A stretch of 64,000 nt of DNA. It comes from Syntrophales bacterium (GTDB lineage Bacteria > Desulfobacterota > Syntrophia > Syntrophales > UBA2210). The translations under genes and the position numbers were made by a program. Below are positions 50,673 through 60,595 of this stretch, piece by piece. The notes under the pieces are model-generated. The model did not search any database, was not told the DNA's origin, and saw only the letters and a list, made by a program, of their open reading frames with translations. The stretch's first letter is position 1. Each line of letters begins with the position of its first letter. Location: the NCBI GenBank assembly GCA_963662405.2, contig CAXXKT010000003.1, positions 32,001 to 96,000 of the forward strand. Direction: 5' to 3'.

Positions 50673-52211
50673 TCATCGTCTTTTGAAGAGCCCTTTCCGG
50701 TACAAATAGTCGTAGGTTCCGGACAGGGTTGCCAGTAAGAGCACGAGTCCTCCTATCTGGACGATCCACCAGTAATGGTGAACGAATCCTCGAAACAGCT
50801 TGCCGTTGTGCACCCTCAGCAGAAAGCCCCAGAGACTGACACGGCCGTTTCGGGCAACCTTTGCCGGCATGGAAACGACACCGGTGTTTATCCCTTCGAA
50901 AGGAACAATTCCCTGCCGGTAGCCGACCCAGAAAACAGGCGTTTCATTCCGTACGGCCGCGGCGGTAATACGATTGTTCCTGTGATTTCCGATCGGATCC
51001 GTTATGACATTGCTGCTGCGGTCCCACGTGTAGAGACCTTCCGCGAAGGACCCGATAAGCAATTGTTTCTTTTTCAACCGTTTCAGGACAGTGACGTACT
51101 GGATCGGCACTGCTGCGGGGACTTGTTCGAACATCCCCGGGCCTTCGGCCGGTCCTTCGAAGAACCCGTTTAGGGTCGTCAGCAGGAGCCTGTTGTCTTC
51201 CGGCAGATAGACCGCCTTGAAGAGTGATTCATGCCATGGATCGGCCCAGGGGAAGGCGGTTAAAAGAGATGCCGGAATCGAATATCCCCTGAGAGCGGAG
51301 GAGACGGGTTTCCAGATGAGCATGCCGGTAAGGGTTATGACGATAATAAAGCAGGCACTGTATATGCCGACCTTCACGTGGTGTGTGTAAAGGCATTTGA
51401 GATACCTGCTTTTCCCCTGGGGTGAGGATTTTACGCGTCTCCTCGGCGCATACCACAGATAAAGGCCCGAAAGGGACAGGAAGATGACGGCACCGCCGAT
51501 GAGGTCGACGAAGAGTCGCCCCGGCAGGCCAAGGAGCGAACCGCTGTGGAGTTGCAAAAGAAAACGGAAGAGAGACATTCGATACTTCTGCGGTGACGGA
51601 AGCGCGAGATCGTGCGGTCGGAAGACCGGGTGCGGTAAAGCTGCCGCTGCCGTATAACAGCCCGATGGGGTAAAGGCGAAGATCCGGTTCCCTACACGGA
51701 CCAGATCGACGACATGTTCATTCCGCAATTCCCTCCCTTGTGCCCGATGCCACACGGGGTCATCCAGGTCGCAGAAATACAGACCCGACCGCGTCCCGGC
51801 AAAGAGGCGCCGCCCGGTATTGCCCTCGGAGAGAAGGAGACAGTGGGTATCGAAGTAATATGCCTGATCGGGGAACCCGTCCGTCAAGGCAGTAAAATGT
51901 CTTCCCCCGTCGGAACTCATCCACACCCCTTCCTTACCGCCCACATAGACCGTTGCCGGTTCCACCGCGGAGAAGACCACATCACGCAGGGCCATCCGAT
52001 TCCAGTTCTCATAGGTATATCGCTGCGGGAACAGGTGTACCGGAAGCGAGACACGGCCGATCAGTGCCGGGTGGTTCAACAGAACGCCGCTTACCCCCAT
52101 GATCAGACCGTAGAGCAGGATCACAAGCCCTGCGTACCGGTGAACACGGCGCGAACAGCGGAATATGTATTTTCCCCATGACATAAAACCCGTACCTCTG
52201 TACCGCATCAT
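50673..52211 (-). CDS. PepSY-associated TM-helix protein
   Basis: RVHRYAG, SGVLLNH, SSDGG, LQLHSG, SGLYLW, LRVHNG. Confidence 0.82.
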   Translation of the reverse strand: MMRYRGTGFMSWGKYIFRCSRRVHRYAGLVILLYGLIMGVSGVLLNHPALIGRVSLPVHLFPQRYTYENWNRMALRDVVFSAVEPATVYVGGKEGVWMSSDGGRHFTALTDGFPDQAYYFDTHCLLLSEGNTGRRLFAGTRSGLYFCDLDDPVWHRAQGRELRNEHVVDLVRVGNRIFAFTPSGCYTAAAALPHPVFRPHDLALPSPQKYRMSLFRFLLQLHSGSLLGLPGRLFVDLIGGAVIFLSLSGLYLWYAPRRRVKSSPQGKSRYLKCLYTHHVKVGIYSACFIIVITLTGMLIWKPVSSALRGYSIPASLLTAFPWADPWHESLFKAVYLPEDNRLLLTTLNGFFEGPAEGPGMFEQVPAAVPIQYVTVLKRLKKKQLLIGSFAEGLYTWDRSSNVITDPIGNHRNNRITAAAVRNETPVFWVGYRQGIVPFEGINTGVVSMPAKVARNGRVSLWGFLLRVHNGKLFRGFVHHYWWIVQIGGLVLLLATLSGTYDYLYRKGLFKRR

Positions 52212-52291
52212 TTCTTTCCGCTATTCCTGCCGGAAATCTCCACGATGCTTTCGCCTCCGGCGATCAGCGGGCGAACCGTTGGTGTATGTCG

Positions 52292-55200
52292 TTACCGGCC
52301 TCGTTTCATTCCCTTCCACAACCCCCGTCCGATAACGGCGACAATTCCGATAACGATCAGTACCGCAATGAGCGATGCCCCCGACGAGGATATCTCGGTC
52401 GCCTTTTCCTCGGTCTTTTCCTTCATCTCGTATCCCTTGACCTCTTCCACCTTCTTCGCTCCGGTCTCTTTCGCCGCTTCATCGGGTGCCACCCGTTTCT
52501 GTGCGGTGTCCTGTGCGGTTTCCTTGACCCACTCCGGCGTGGTGACATCGAGACCGGTAGTTAGTTTGACCTGCTGTTGGAATTTGAGCATGGTGGCGGG
52601 AGAGACCAGCCCCGGGACGGAGAGGATATTGGCCGCGAACTGGTTCAGGGCGATGTTGTTGCAGGTGTGCTCGCAGCAGGCCATCCCCTTGTCCGCTACC
52701 GATTCCACATACTCGATGGCGAGATTCTGCATCATCTGGGTGTCGAATTTCTGATACCCTTTCCGATCCACCTCCATGATCCTTGCGGTAATGGACTGGA
52801 AGGCATGCGGGCTGTTCTTTTCAAAAAATTTCTTGAGATCCATGTTGTATTTGTCGTTGACATAGACTTCGCTAACCTGCTGCCAGACCTCCTGACTGAC
52901 CTCCTTGGGGGTGGTCACCTGCCAGCCCCAGAGGTTTTCGACAAAATCGGCCATCTTGTGGGCCCCGGAATAGCCGTGCTCTTTCATGCCGGTAATCCAT
53001 TTGGGGTTCAGGTAACGTCCGCGGGTCTCGAGGCCCATGAATCTTCCCAGATCGACCGCCCTGCCCGGCGCGGATGGATCCCTGTTGTCGGAGACAACGA
53101 GCTCGGGATCCTGGCCGGAGAGATTTCGGACCGCCATGGCCATGCCGCCCATGTATTGGAAGTAATCGTCGTTATCCAAGACGCCGATGAGATTGGAGGA
53201 ACGGCTGTGGACCACCATGTCGGCGCCCTTGAGCGATTCGACAAAGACCTCGCGCGACGCCTTGCCCCATACCCTGCGGCCGTAGGCATAGCTCACCCGA
53301 TCGAGATAGAGATCCACGAGTTTTTTCTCGTCCTCCCAGGTGCCCGAAGCCGATATGGCATCGTCCAAGCCCGTGCCGTAGCCCTGGTTGGGGGCGCCGA
53401 ATATGCGATAGCGGGCCATCTCCCCGGCCTCGCCAGGGGCGACGCCCTTTTCCACAAACAACTTTTGCATCTCAAGGGTGTGCAGCCGGGCGAAGTTTTC
53501 GTATTTCCCCTTTTCTTCGGCGATTGCCAGTTGAACGGCATCGTCGATCAGACCGATCTGCAGGGGGAACACATCGCGATACAGACCAGATGCATTGACC
53601 AGGATATCGATCCTGGGCCGTTTGAGTTCGGTCTCGGGGATCAGTTCGACACCCTTGACAATCCCCCGGCCATCCCATATCGGTCTCGCCCCCAGGAGGG
53701 CCAGGGCCTTCGATTCCATAACGCCGTGGTGCCGCAAGGTTTCCGTGGCCCAGAGGATCAGGGCCACCTTGTCCGGATACCGGCCGTGCTTTTTCTGATA
53801 GTCGGCAACCAGATCGTCTGCCATTTGTTTCCCGACCTTCCAGGCCACCTTGGTGGGGACCCGCTGCGGATCGAAGCCGTAGAAGTTTTTCCCCGTCGGC
53901 AGGGCGTCCGGGGCACGGATCGGATCGTTCCCCGGCCCCGGCTCGATGAACTCGCCGTTCAGGGCACGGATAATATTTGTGATTTCACGGTCGACCCGGA
54001 TCAGATTGGCGGCGTACTCCGCAGCCAGCGCCCCGGCCTTCCGGAGTTCAGTCTTTACGGTCTGCGGGCATGTCTGGTATTTTTGACCAAACATACGTCT
54101 GGCGGCATCGCCGGGGGCAATCTGTTCCAAGACGATCTTATTGACAAAATCCATGGACAGCGTTTCTATCTTATCAAGCACATCACAGTACTTGTGGGCA
54201 TTGGCCTTCGCCTTCAAGTAGTCTTCACCGATAACCCGGCCGATGATCACGCCCAGGGCCGGGATGTCACTCTCTACCCCCAGCATGGCATTAACCGTGC
54301 TGGCCAATCCCTCTCCCTCCAAGGGGTTACCCAGGATGTGCAGGCCGTAGGGGATATTCAGGTACTCAAGTTCGTGGATATAATCATGCAGCTTTCTCTG
54401 GAATTCCTCGAAGGGCATGTCATCGATTTTGACGCCCAGGTCCTTTCCAATGCCCAGTTCCCGACTCAGCTTGATCACCTCCTGCCTGTAGCCTTCGGCC
54501 ACTTTCGGGGTGACATCCTTGGTTTCCATGTAGAGGTGGATATTGTTGTGCAACACGGAATATTCTTTATAAAGACCGCTTTTCTTCAAGGCCGGAATCA
54601 TATGGCTGATAATCACCGCGGAACCACGGCGTTTAGCCTGGGTGCCTTCACCCACGTTGTCCATGATATAGGGGTTGATGTTGGGGATATCCTGGATGAG
54701 CACATCGGGTGAGCAGGTCTTGGACAGCCCCACCTGTTTTCCGGGTGTCCATTCCAGGGTGCCGTGGGTGCCGAAATGAACAACCGCGTTGACCTGGAAT
54801 GCTTCCTTGAGCCATAGGTAAAAGGCCAGGTATTGATGATGCGGCGGCAGGGTCAGGTCATGATAGAGCCGGCCAGCTTCCTGGAGCCAGCCCCTGGCCG
54901 GCTGGGGGCCGATGAAGATATTGCCCAGTAGGACCCCCGGAAGAACCAGGAACTGCTCACCTTGCGGATTTTTCCAGCTCATGATGGTAGTCTCTTCCAC
55001 CGGACCCCACTTTGAAACCACCTGATTTTGAAATTCCCGGGGAAGTTCGGTAAACCATCGGTTGTAGTCGGCCACCGGCACCAGCGTGATCACGCCCGAC
55101 CTGACCAGTTTTTCCATCTCCCCCGGCGCCCAGGTGCCGATATTGCGCCCCTGGCGCAGGACCAGATCTTGCAGGATATCCTTTGAAAAGCCTTCGGTTT

Positions 55201-56467
55201 TCTCGAACCGGTATTCCGCCTTTTCGAGTCCTTCCAGCAGGACCTGCAGGCTGGCGAAGATGTCAAGGTATGCAGCGGAGATGTTGTGCTTGCCGGGGGG
55301 ATTGTTGTAGTAGATAACCGCTATTTTTTTGTCCGCGTTGGGCGTGCTTCGAAGTCCGAGCCATCCCTTGATCCGGGAGGAGAGTTTGGCGATTCGCTCT
55401 TCATCGGGGATCCGTTCGGTGACCTCGATGCCCGTCTTTTTATCCCTGTAGGTGCGGCTGCCGCCAATCACCAGCGGTTCGATCAGCCCGCAGAGTTCGG
55501 GCATGAAAATCTGAGAGGCCAACTGGAACGGCTCAATTCCCTGGGGGCTTTCCGCCCACTTTTGAAGGTCGCTGTAGAGGGTGACGGCCCGGATGACCGG
55601 CACATCCATTCCTTTCAGCAGCTCCTGGGATTTTTCCTTGGGGTGGGAAAACATGAGCGAGACGATAAGTTCCACTTCGGGCTTTTCTGTCATCAAGTAC
55701 TTTTCCATCAGCATGTCGGCCGGATACCCGATGGCGCAAATCACGTTGAACCCGTCTTGCTCGAGCCTGCGGATCAACGCCTCCTGGATCTTGCTGTCCC
55801 CAGTCTTGATGAGATTGTAGGAGAGGATTCCCACCCAGGGGCCCTGTTTCTGATGCCCGGATGACGCATACCAGGCCTTGTAACCGGTAAGGCTTGCAAG
55901 CACCTTTGAATCAGGCGCATCGGGATGAAAAATGCCTTCGGGGGGTTGCGCGACAGGCTCTATAATTTTTGCCTGCGAAAGGCCACCGAAGCGGTTCAGC
56001 AGATAGCCGATCAGCCGTTTCATGTTCTCTACGCCGTTGTACTCCCAATAGGCCTGTATATCCGGGTGGGCGTCGAAGCTTACATTGTAAAATCCCTGAC
56101 TGGCAAAAATAGCCGCCCCCCCGATACCGATCACCCTGGCGCCGTTTTGCTTGGCGGTTGTTATCCGGGGTTCGATGTCCTGCATGGTTTGGTAATCCTT
56201 ATGGTACAAAAAGATGACATCCTGGTTGACAAGATCCTGTTCATTGCGCTTATCCAGAAGCGCCTCTTCGCTGTAAACCGTTATCTTGACCATGGGGACC
56301 AGATTCGGGTGTTCCTGCTTGAATCCGGAAATCCCTTCCGCCAACACCTTGGTGTGGGTGTCGGGTACCGAGAAAGTGAGGCGAAATGGTTGTCCTGCAA
56401 AGGCGTCGACCGCACCGAAAAGCAAAATCAAGACAACTGAGAGTACACCGCATATGCCGTGTCGCAT
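52292..56467 (-). CDS. cobN: CobN/Mg-chelatase-H family protein, exported and C-terminally anchored (HmuS-like)
   Basis: Signal peptide; YYNNPPGK, PHHQYLAFY, HFGTHGTLEW, AKRRG, HILG, LPTGKNFY, RPRIDI, SGLYRD, NPKWI, NLWGW, CCEHTCNN, KGYEM; C-terminal TM; 1391 aa. Confidence 0.92.
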   Translation of the reverse strand: MRHGICGVLSVVLILLFGAVDAFAGQPFRLTFSVPDTHTKVLAEGISGFKQEHPNLVPMVKITVYSEEALLDKRNEQDLVNQDVIFLYHKDYQTMQDIEPRITTAKQNGARVIGIGGAAIFASQGFYNVSFDAHPDIQAYWEYNGVENMKRLIGYLLNRFGGLSQAKIIEPVAQPPEGIFHPDAPDSKVLASLTGYKAWYASSGHQKQGPWVGILSYNLIKTGDSKIQEALIRRLEQDGFNVICAIGYPADMLMEKYLMTEKPEVELIVSLMFSHPKEKSQELLKGMDVPVIRAVTLYSDLQKWAESPQGIEPFQLASQIFMPELCGLIEPLVIGGSRTYRDKKTGIEVTERIPDEERIAKLSSRIKGWLGLRSTPNADKKIAVIYYNNPPGKHNISAAYLDIFASLQVLLEGLEKAEYRFEKTEGFSKDILQDLVLRQGRNIGTWAPGEMEKLVRSGVITLVPVADYNRWFTELPREFQNQVVSKWGPVEETTIMSWKNPQGEQFLVLPGVLLGNIFIGPQPARGWLQEAGRLYHDLTLPPHHQYLAFYLWLKEAFQVNAVVHFGTHGTLEWTPGKQVGLSKTCSPDVLIQDIPNINPYIMDNVGEGTQAKRRGSAVIISHMIPALKKSGLYKEYSVLHNNIHLYMETKDVTPKVAEGYRQEVIKLSRELGIGKDLGVKIDDMPFEEFQRKLHDYIHELEYLNIPYGLHILGNPLEGEGLASTVNAMLGVESDIPALGVIIGRVIGEDYLKAKANAHKYCDVLDKIETLSMDFVNKIVLEQIAPGDAARRMFGQKYQTCPQTVKTELRKAGALAAEYAANLIRVDREITNIIRALNGEFIEPGPGNDPIRAPDALPTGKNFYGFDPQRVPTKVAWKVGKQMADDLVADYQKKHGRYPDKVALILWATETLRHHGVMESKALALLGARPIWDGRGIVKGVELIPETELKRPRIDILVNASGLYRDVFPLQIGLIDDAVQLAIAEEKGKYENFARLHTLEMQKLFVEKGVAPGEAGEMARYRIFGAPNQGYGTGLDDAISASGTWEDEKKLVDLYLDRVSYAYGRRVWGKASREVFVESLKGADMVVHSRSSNLIGVLDNDDYFQYMGGMAMAVRNLSGQDPELVVSDNRDPSAPGRAVDLGRFMGLETRGRYLNPKWITGMKEHGYSGAHKMADFVENLWGWQVTTPKEVSQEVWQQVSEVYVNDKYNMDLKKFFEKNSPHAFQSITARIMEVDRKGYQKFDTQMMQNLAIEYVESVADKGMACCEHTCNNIALNQFAANILSVPGLVSPATMLKFQQQVKLTTGLDVTTPEWVKETAQDTAQKRVAPDEAAKETGAKKVEEVKGYEMKEKTEEKATEISSSGASLIAVLIVIGIVAVIGRGLWKGMKRGR

Positions 56468-56468
56468 C

Positions 56469-56831
56469 CTACCGTTCCTCCTCTCCTTCGGGTATATAGA
56501 CCACCTTGCCGTCCTGGAGCCGGTAGGCCGTTCCCAGTCTCGTTCCCTGCCCCTGGGCCATCTCCTTTGTCAGTTTCTGGACCTTGATCTCTTTTCCTTT
56601 TTTGCTGATAATCTCCATCTTTCCCGGTTGATTGGGATTCTTGATCATGGTCAGTTCATCGGCGGAGAATATCTCGTGAATGTGGTAGGCGCTGACCATG
56701 GCCACCAGCAGGCCGACGGCAAAGACCATGGCGACATCGAACAGATTTGCCACACCGCTCATGGGATCGTCCTGATGTATGGGACTTTTCCTGCGGCGGT
56801 TCTTTCGTTTATCTCTTCGCGTAAGTTTCAT
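56469..56831 (-). CDS. DUF2149 protein (HmuV-like)
   Basis: DPMSGVANLFDVAMVFAVGL, KNP, GTRLGTAYRLQDGKVVYIP. Confidence 0.9.
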   Translation of the reverse strand: MKLTRRDKRKNRRRKSPIHQDDPMSGVANLFDVAMVFAVGLLVAMVSAYHIHEIFSADELTMIKNPNQPGKMEIISKKGKEIKVQKLTKEMAQGQGTRLGTAYRLQDGKVVYIPEGEEER

Positions 56832-56839
56832 GTGTATCC

Positions 56840-57562
56840 TCAGTTCATTGAGAGCTCGATAATATTTTGTCCTTCCTCTTGTCCTGAAGGGGACACATCA
56901 TTTTCGATATGTCCCATGATCAGATCGACGATGTACTCCATGTTTTGCATATCTTCGCCGTACCAGCGCTCTCTGACGACCGAGATGATGTAGGCGAGTA
57001 CCCCCACCGCCAGTCCCGCTACCGTCGTTCCGAAGGCGAGGATCAGACAGTTCGCCATCTGTTCCAGGTCCCCCTGCGACAGCGAGAGGAGCGCCGGCCC
57101 CATGGGGATGAGGGTCCCCATCAGTCCCAGCATCGGTCCGACCCTGATCATGATCCGTGTTTTTTCCAGTGTTGCGTGGGTGTCATTTTCATATGACTGC
57201 AGGATCTTTTCCGTCCGTACGTCGAGATTGCTGATCCCCCTGGCGATCTGGCGGGACAGGTCTCTGAAGAAGTTCTCCACTGTCAGGGGGAGGGACGAAA
57301 GGCCTTCCGTGTACTGTGCAATGCGCTCTGCGGCCCCGTCGGCGCGCGACTGTAACAGGTCGCGGGCGACCTCCTCGGCGAGTCTTTCGCTTTTTTCATC
57401 CGCCGCATGAACCTGCTTTCGGCGAAACACGGCTTCCGAGGCGAAACCTCCCAGGACGAAGAGGGCCGCAACGACCAGTAACAGCAACACCACTATTACC
57501 GGGTAGAGGAGGGCGTTCATGATCAGATAGAGCCCTGCCTGCATGACATCCAAGACGTTCAT
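56840..57562 (-). CDS. MotA/TolQ/ExbB proton-channel family protein (HmuU-like)
   Basis: LLYPV, RVGPMLGLMGTLIPMGPAL, AFGTTVAGL, RWYGED. Confidence 0.9.
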   Translation of the reverse strand: MNVLDVMQAGLYLIMNALLYPVIVVLLLLVVAALFVLGGFASEAVFRRKQVHAADEKSERLAEEVARDLLQSRADGAAERIAQYTEGLSSLPLTVENFFRDLSRQIARGISNLDVRTEKILQSYENDTHATLEKTRIMIRVGPMLGLMGTLIPMGPALLSLSQGDLEQMANCLILAFGTTVAGLAVGVLAYIISVVRERWYGEDMQNMEYIVDLIMGHIENDVSPSGQEEGQNIIELSMN

Positions 57563-57567
57563 TTTTC

Positions 57568-58320
57568 TCACACCTCGTTTCTGATTTGTTTGCTGCGTGC
57601 AGTTTCCCTGCGGTTCTTTATAAAGCCCAGGCAAAAGATGAGGCCCCCGGTACAGAGCAGGATGACCGAATCTCTCAGAGACACCGCTGCGGCGGCGGAG
57701 ATCCCTCTCACCGCGAGGAGTGCCTTGGCCTTCGAATAAACGGGGACGACGACGATGGCCACGGCAAAATAGAGACCAACCATGGTCATGAAAAAGCCGA
57801 GGAGGACCGGTCCCCGTGTTCTCTCCGTGTCACGTCTCATCCGGTGCCGGGCAACCAGGGCGGCACCGGCAATCCCCGCCGTGAAAAGAACCGCCATTCC
57901 CCCCCCGACCTGCAGGGGATCCATACCGGTGAGGGCCACGCAGATGGAACAGCTCAGGAGCATGGCGGAAAGGCACACAGGACAGGGGAGCATCAGGAGA
58001 TATCCGGCCCTCGATCTCCCCTGGGGGTACTCGTAAAAGGCGGATTTCATGGTATATAATCCCCATGCCATCAGGCCGAGAGAGAGAAAGAAATGAACCA
58101 TGACTCCGTGAAACATGAATTTCTGAAAGAACTGAAAATAATCGAGGGGGTTGGCAATCCTGATGCCAACCCCCAACAGGAAGGCGATGACACCGTACAG
58201 CAGGGCAAGCGCGACAATGCCGGATGTCCTGATATTCATGGAACCGGCCACCATGCCGGCCTTGCCGGCGAATATCAGTACGGTGAAAACAATCCCGAGG
58301 GCCCAAAAGTACGTAATCAT
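57568..58320 (-). CDS. DUF2162 membrane protein (HmuT-like)
   Basis: IFAGKAG, GVMVH, LPCPVC, LGFFM, GLYF. Confidence 0.82.
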   Translation of the reverse strand: MITYFWALGIVFTVLIFAGKAGMVAGSMNIRTSGIVALALLYGVIAFLLGVGIRIANPLDYFQFFQKFMFHGVMVHFFLSLGLMAWGLYTMKSAFYEYPQGRSRAGYLLMLPCPVCLSAMLLSCSICVALTGMDPLQVGGGMAVLFTAGIAGAALVARHRMRRDTERTRGPVLLGFFMTMVGLYFAVAIVVVPVYSKAKALLAVRGISAAAAVSLRDSVILLCTGGLIFCLGFIKNRRETARSKQIRNEV

Positions 58321-58329
58321 CGCTGCTCC

Positions 58330-60393
58330 TTAAAAGGTGTATTTCACACCGGCCATGAAGGATGCCGGCGGATTGTTGGTCGTGTAGTATTCCTTGTAAT
58401 CCTCGTCGGTGAGATTGTTCACTTCACCGAACACCTCAAGCCCTTCACGGATCTCACGGGAGATCTTCAGACCGACCACCTGATAGGCATCGAGTTTTTT
58501 CGAGTCCGTATTTTCCAGATCTCCATAGCGTTCGCCCACGTTGGTGAGAAAGACACCCAGGGTAAAGAGATCCGGGTTATCGTACGTAACGCCGATCTTG
58601 GTCATGTGACGGGGGGTATAGGAAAGATAATTCCCCTCGACGGTTCGATCTTCCTCGTACTCCTCAATCGTTGATACGTTGTAGGTATGATTGATGAATG
58701 TCGACCACTGATTACTGATTTTGTATTCGAGATTGGCCTCGACACCGTAGATCTCAACCCTCCCCAGGTTGATCGTCTGGATGACCGCCATCCCGTCATC
58801 CGGTGAAAACCATGAAGGAACTTCCGATGCCGCGAGTGTCTTCTCTCCCAGAAAATCCTTGATACTGCTCTGGTAGAAGGTCATGCTCACGCACAGCTTT
58901 TTGTGGGGGGTGGCATCGAATCCGACGTCGTACGACCATTCCATCCGCTCCGGCTCCAGATCCGGGTTCGCCAGATCGAACCGGGTGGAACCGTGAGGTC
59001 CGGATTTATAGAGGTCATAGAGGGAGGGTGCCTTGAACCCCGTACCGAAAGATGCCCGGAACTTGATCGCCGGATTGAGCTTGTAGCTCACGCCTATCTT
59101 GGGTGAAAGGGCCTGGTCGGTGTTGTCGGGATAGATAATGGTTCGTGCCGTCGATGTCGTCGAATCGTAGAAGTCGCCATCATGGTTCTTCCAGTAATCG
59201 TAGCGCAGACCGGCATTGACGATGAGCCGATTCCCCAGAAAACCGATCTCGTCGTTGACGAACAGTGCATAGAGATCCTGCTCTCCGCTGAAATTGCGGT
59301 CACCCGTGCTGTATGCATATTCGCATGTGCATTTCGCCCATTTCAGATCACTCCCCGCCGTGAGTTTGTGGCCGGCGAGCTCGGTGCTGACCTGGAACAT
59401 GACGCCGTATTCATCCTTGGGGATAGTCGAATCGTAATAGTAGGTGTCGAATTTGCCCGACGTGGAGTTATACGTGTCGGCGTTTGATTCGTATCCCTCG
59501 TCGTAGTAGTAGGCCTTGACATTAAAGTCGGTCTTTTTCCCCAGGGGGACCCCCCAGCTGAGCATGTATTCGTCGGTCTTCTGCTCGCCGTCATACTGGG
59601 TTGTCGTGGCGCTCAGAGAGTCTTCCAGGAGGTGTGCGTAGTCCAGACGCAGGATCGATTCCCCCAGCCATATGTCCCCTCCGATGGAGATGTTGGTCAG
59701 TTCATTCTCGGGTTTCTTGTAATAGTTCTTCCACGATGAACCCTCGTAGTACTCGTACCCCTGTGTCCGTTTATGTTCAACCGAGGCACGAACGCTGTAG
59801 TCGTCGGTCCCGGCATTCACGCTGGCACTCCCCATATAGGTATCAAAGGAGCCGCCCTGCATGGTGACGGTCCCGGAGACCCCCTCCTTGGGATGTTTGG
59901 TGATGATATTGATCACACCGCCCATGGCGCTGGAACCGTAGAGGGCGGACGAGGCCCCCCGCACGATCTCGATCCGTTCGATATTCTCCAGTGATAACGT
60001 GTTCCAGAGCGTGACCGAACTGCCGTATGTCCTGTTGATGGGGATGCCGTCCTTGAGCACCAGAACCCTGCCGCTGTCTCCCGTCCCGCGCATGTACACG
60101 GTGGTATGACTGGTCGTGTTGCACAGTCCCTTGTTGCGACGGACCTGCAGACCCACGGCCTCATTCAGGACCTCGTCCACCGTCGAGACAGGCATCTTCT
60201 CAATCTCTTCAGCCGTTATAACGGTAACACTGACCGGGAGATCCTCCACGGCGGTTTCGGTCCGCGTAGCGGTGACCACGGTTTTCTGCATCTCCACCGA
60301 TGGAGGGCTGCTCTCGGCCGCGGATGCTTGAACCGCGGGAACAAACCAAAAAACTGTGAGGAACAGGGCCAATTTGAAACGAAGCTTTTTCAC
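58330..60393 (-). CDS. TonB-dependent receptor
   Basis: VVTATRT, IERIEIVRGASSALYGSSAMGGVINIIT, GLRYD, FKAP, NPDLEPE, NNLTDEDY, C-terminal YTF. Confidence 0.96.
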   Translation of the reverse strand: MKKLRFKLALFLTVFWFVPAVQASAAESSPPSVEMQKTVVTATRTETAVEDLPVSVTVITAEEIEKMPVSTVDEVLNEAVGLQVRRNKGLCNTTSHTTVYMRGTGDSGRVLVLKDGIPINRTYGSSVTLWNTLSLENIERIEIVRGASSALYGSSAMGGVINIITKHPKEGVSGTVTMQGGSFDTYMGSASVNAGTDDYSVRASVEHKRTQGYEYYEGSSWKNYYKKPENELTNISIGGDIWLGESILRLDYAHLLEDSLSATTTQYDGEQKTDEYMLSWGVPLGKKTDFNVKAYYYDEGYESNADTYNSTSGKFDTYYYDSTIPKDEYGVMFQVSTELAGHKLTAGSDLKWAKCTCEYAYSTGDRNFSGEQDLYALFVNDEIGFLGNRLIVNAGLRYDYWKNHDGDFYDSTTSTARTIIYPDNTDQALSPKIGVSYKLNPAIKFRASFGTGFKAPSLYDLYKSGPHGSTRFDLANPDLEPERMEWSYDVGFDATPHKKLCVSMTFYQSSIKDFLGEKTLAASEVPSWFSPDDGMAVIQTINLGRVEIYGVEANLEYKISNQWSTFINHTYNVSTIEEYEEDRTVEGNYLSYTPRHMTKIGVTYDNPDLFTLGVFLTNVGERYGDLENTDSKKLDAYQVVGLKISREIREGLEVFGEVNNLTDEDYKEYYTTNNPPASFMAGVKYTF

Positions 60394-60595
60394 CAGTATT
60401 TCTCCTTTCTGGGAATATTCTCATTGACGCGCCCCTCTCGATTCCGGTAAAAAATACAAGAGGGAGTCCTCTCGAACGAAAGAGGGGGCGTGCCTTTTCC
60501 GGGACAGGCGGGCGTGATCTTGCCGGACCACCCGCCGTCCCACCTTTCATGTACTCACCATCCGCTCAGACCGTACGCAGGTCCTTCACATCCCG

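Noticed and set aside
52577..54712. Long plus-strand ORFs (e.g. 52577-54712, 31844-33445, 9900-11336)
   Set aside because: Antisense shadows of well-supported GC-rich minus-strand genes, with no recognisable motifs.
52292..56467. De novo aerobic cobalamin biosynthesis cluster
   Set aside because: No other cob/cbi genes or CobST are present, and the protein is exported and membrane-anchored.
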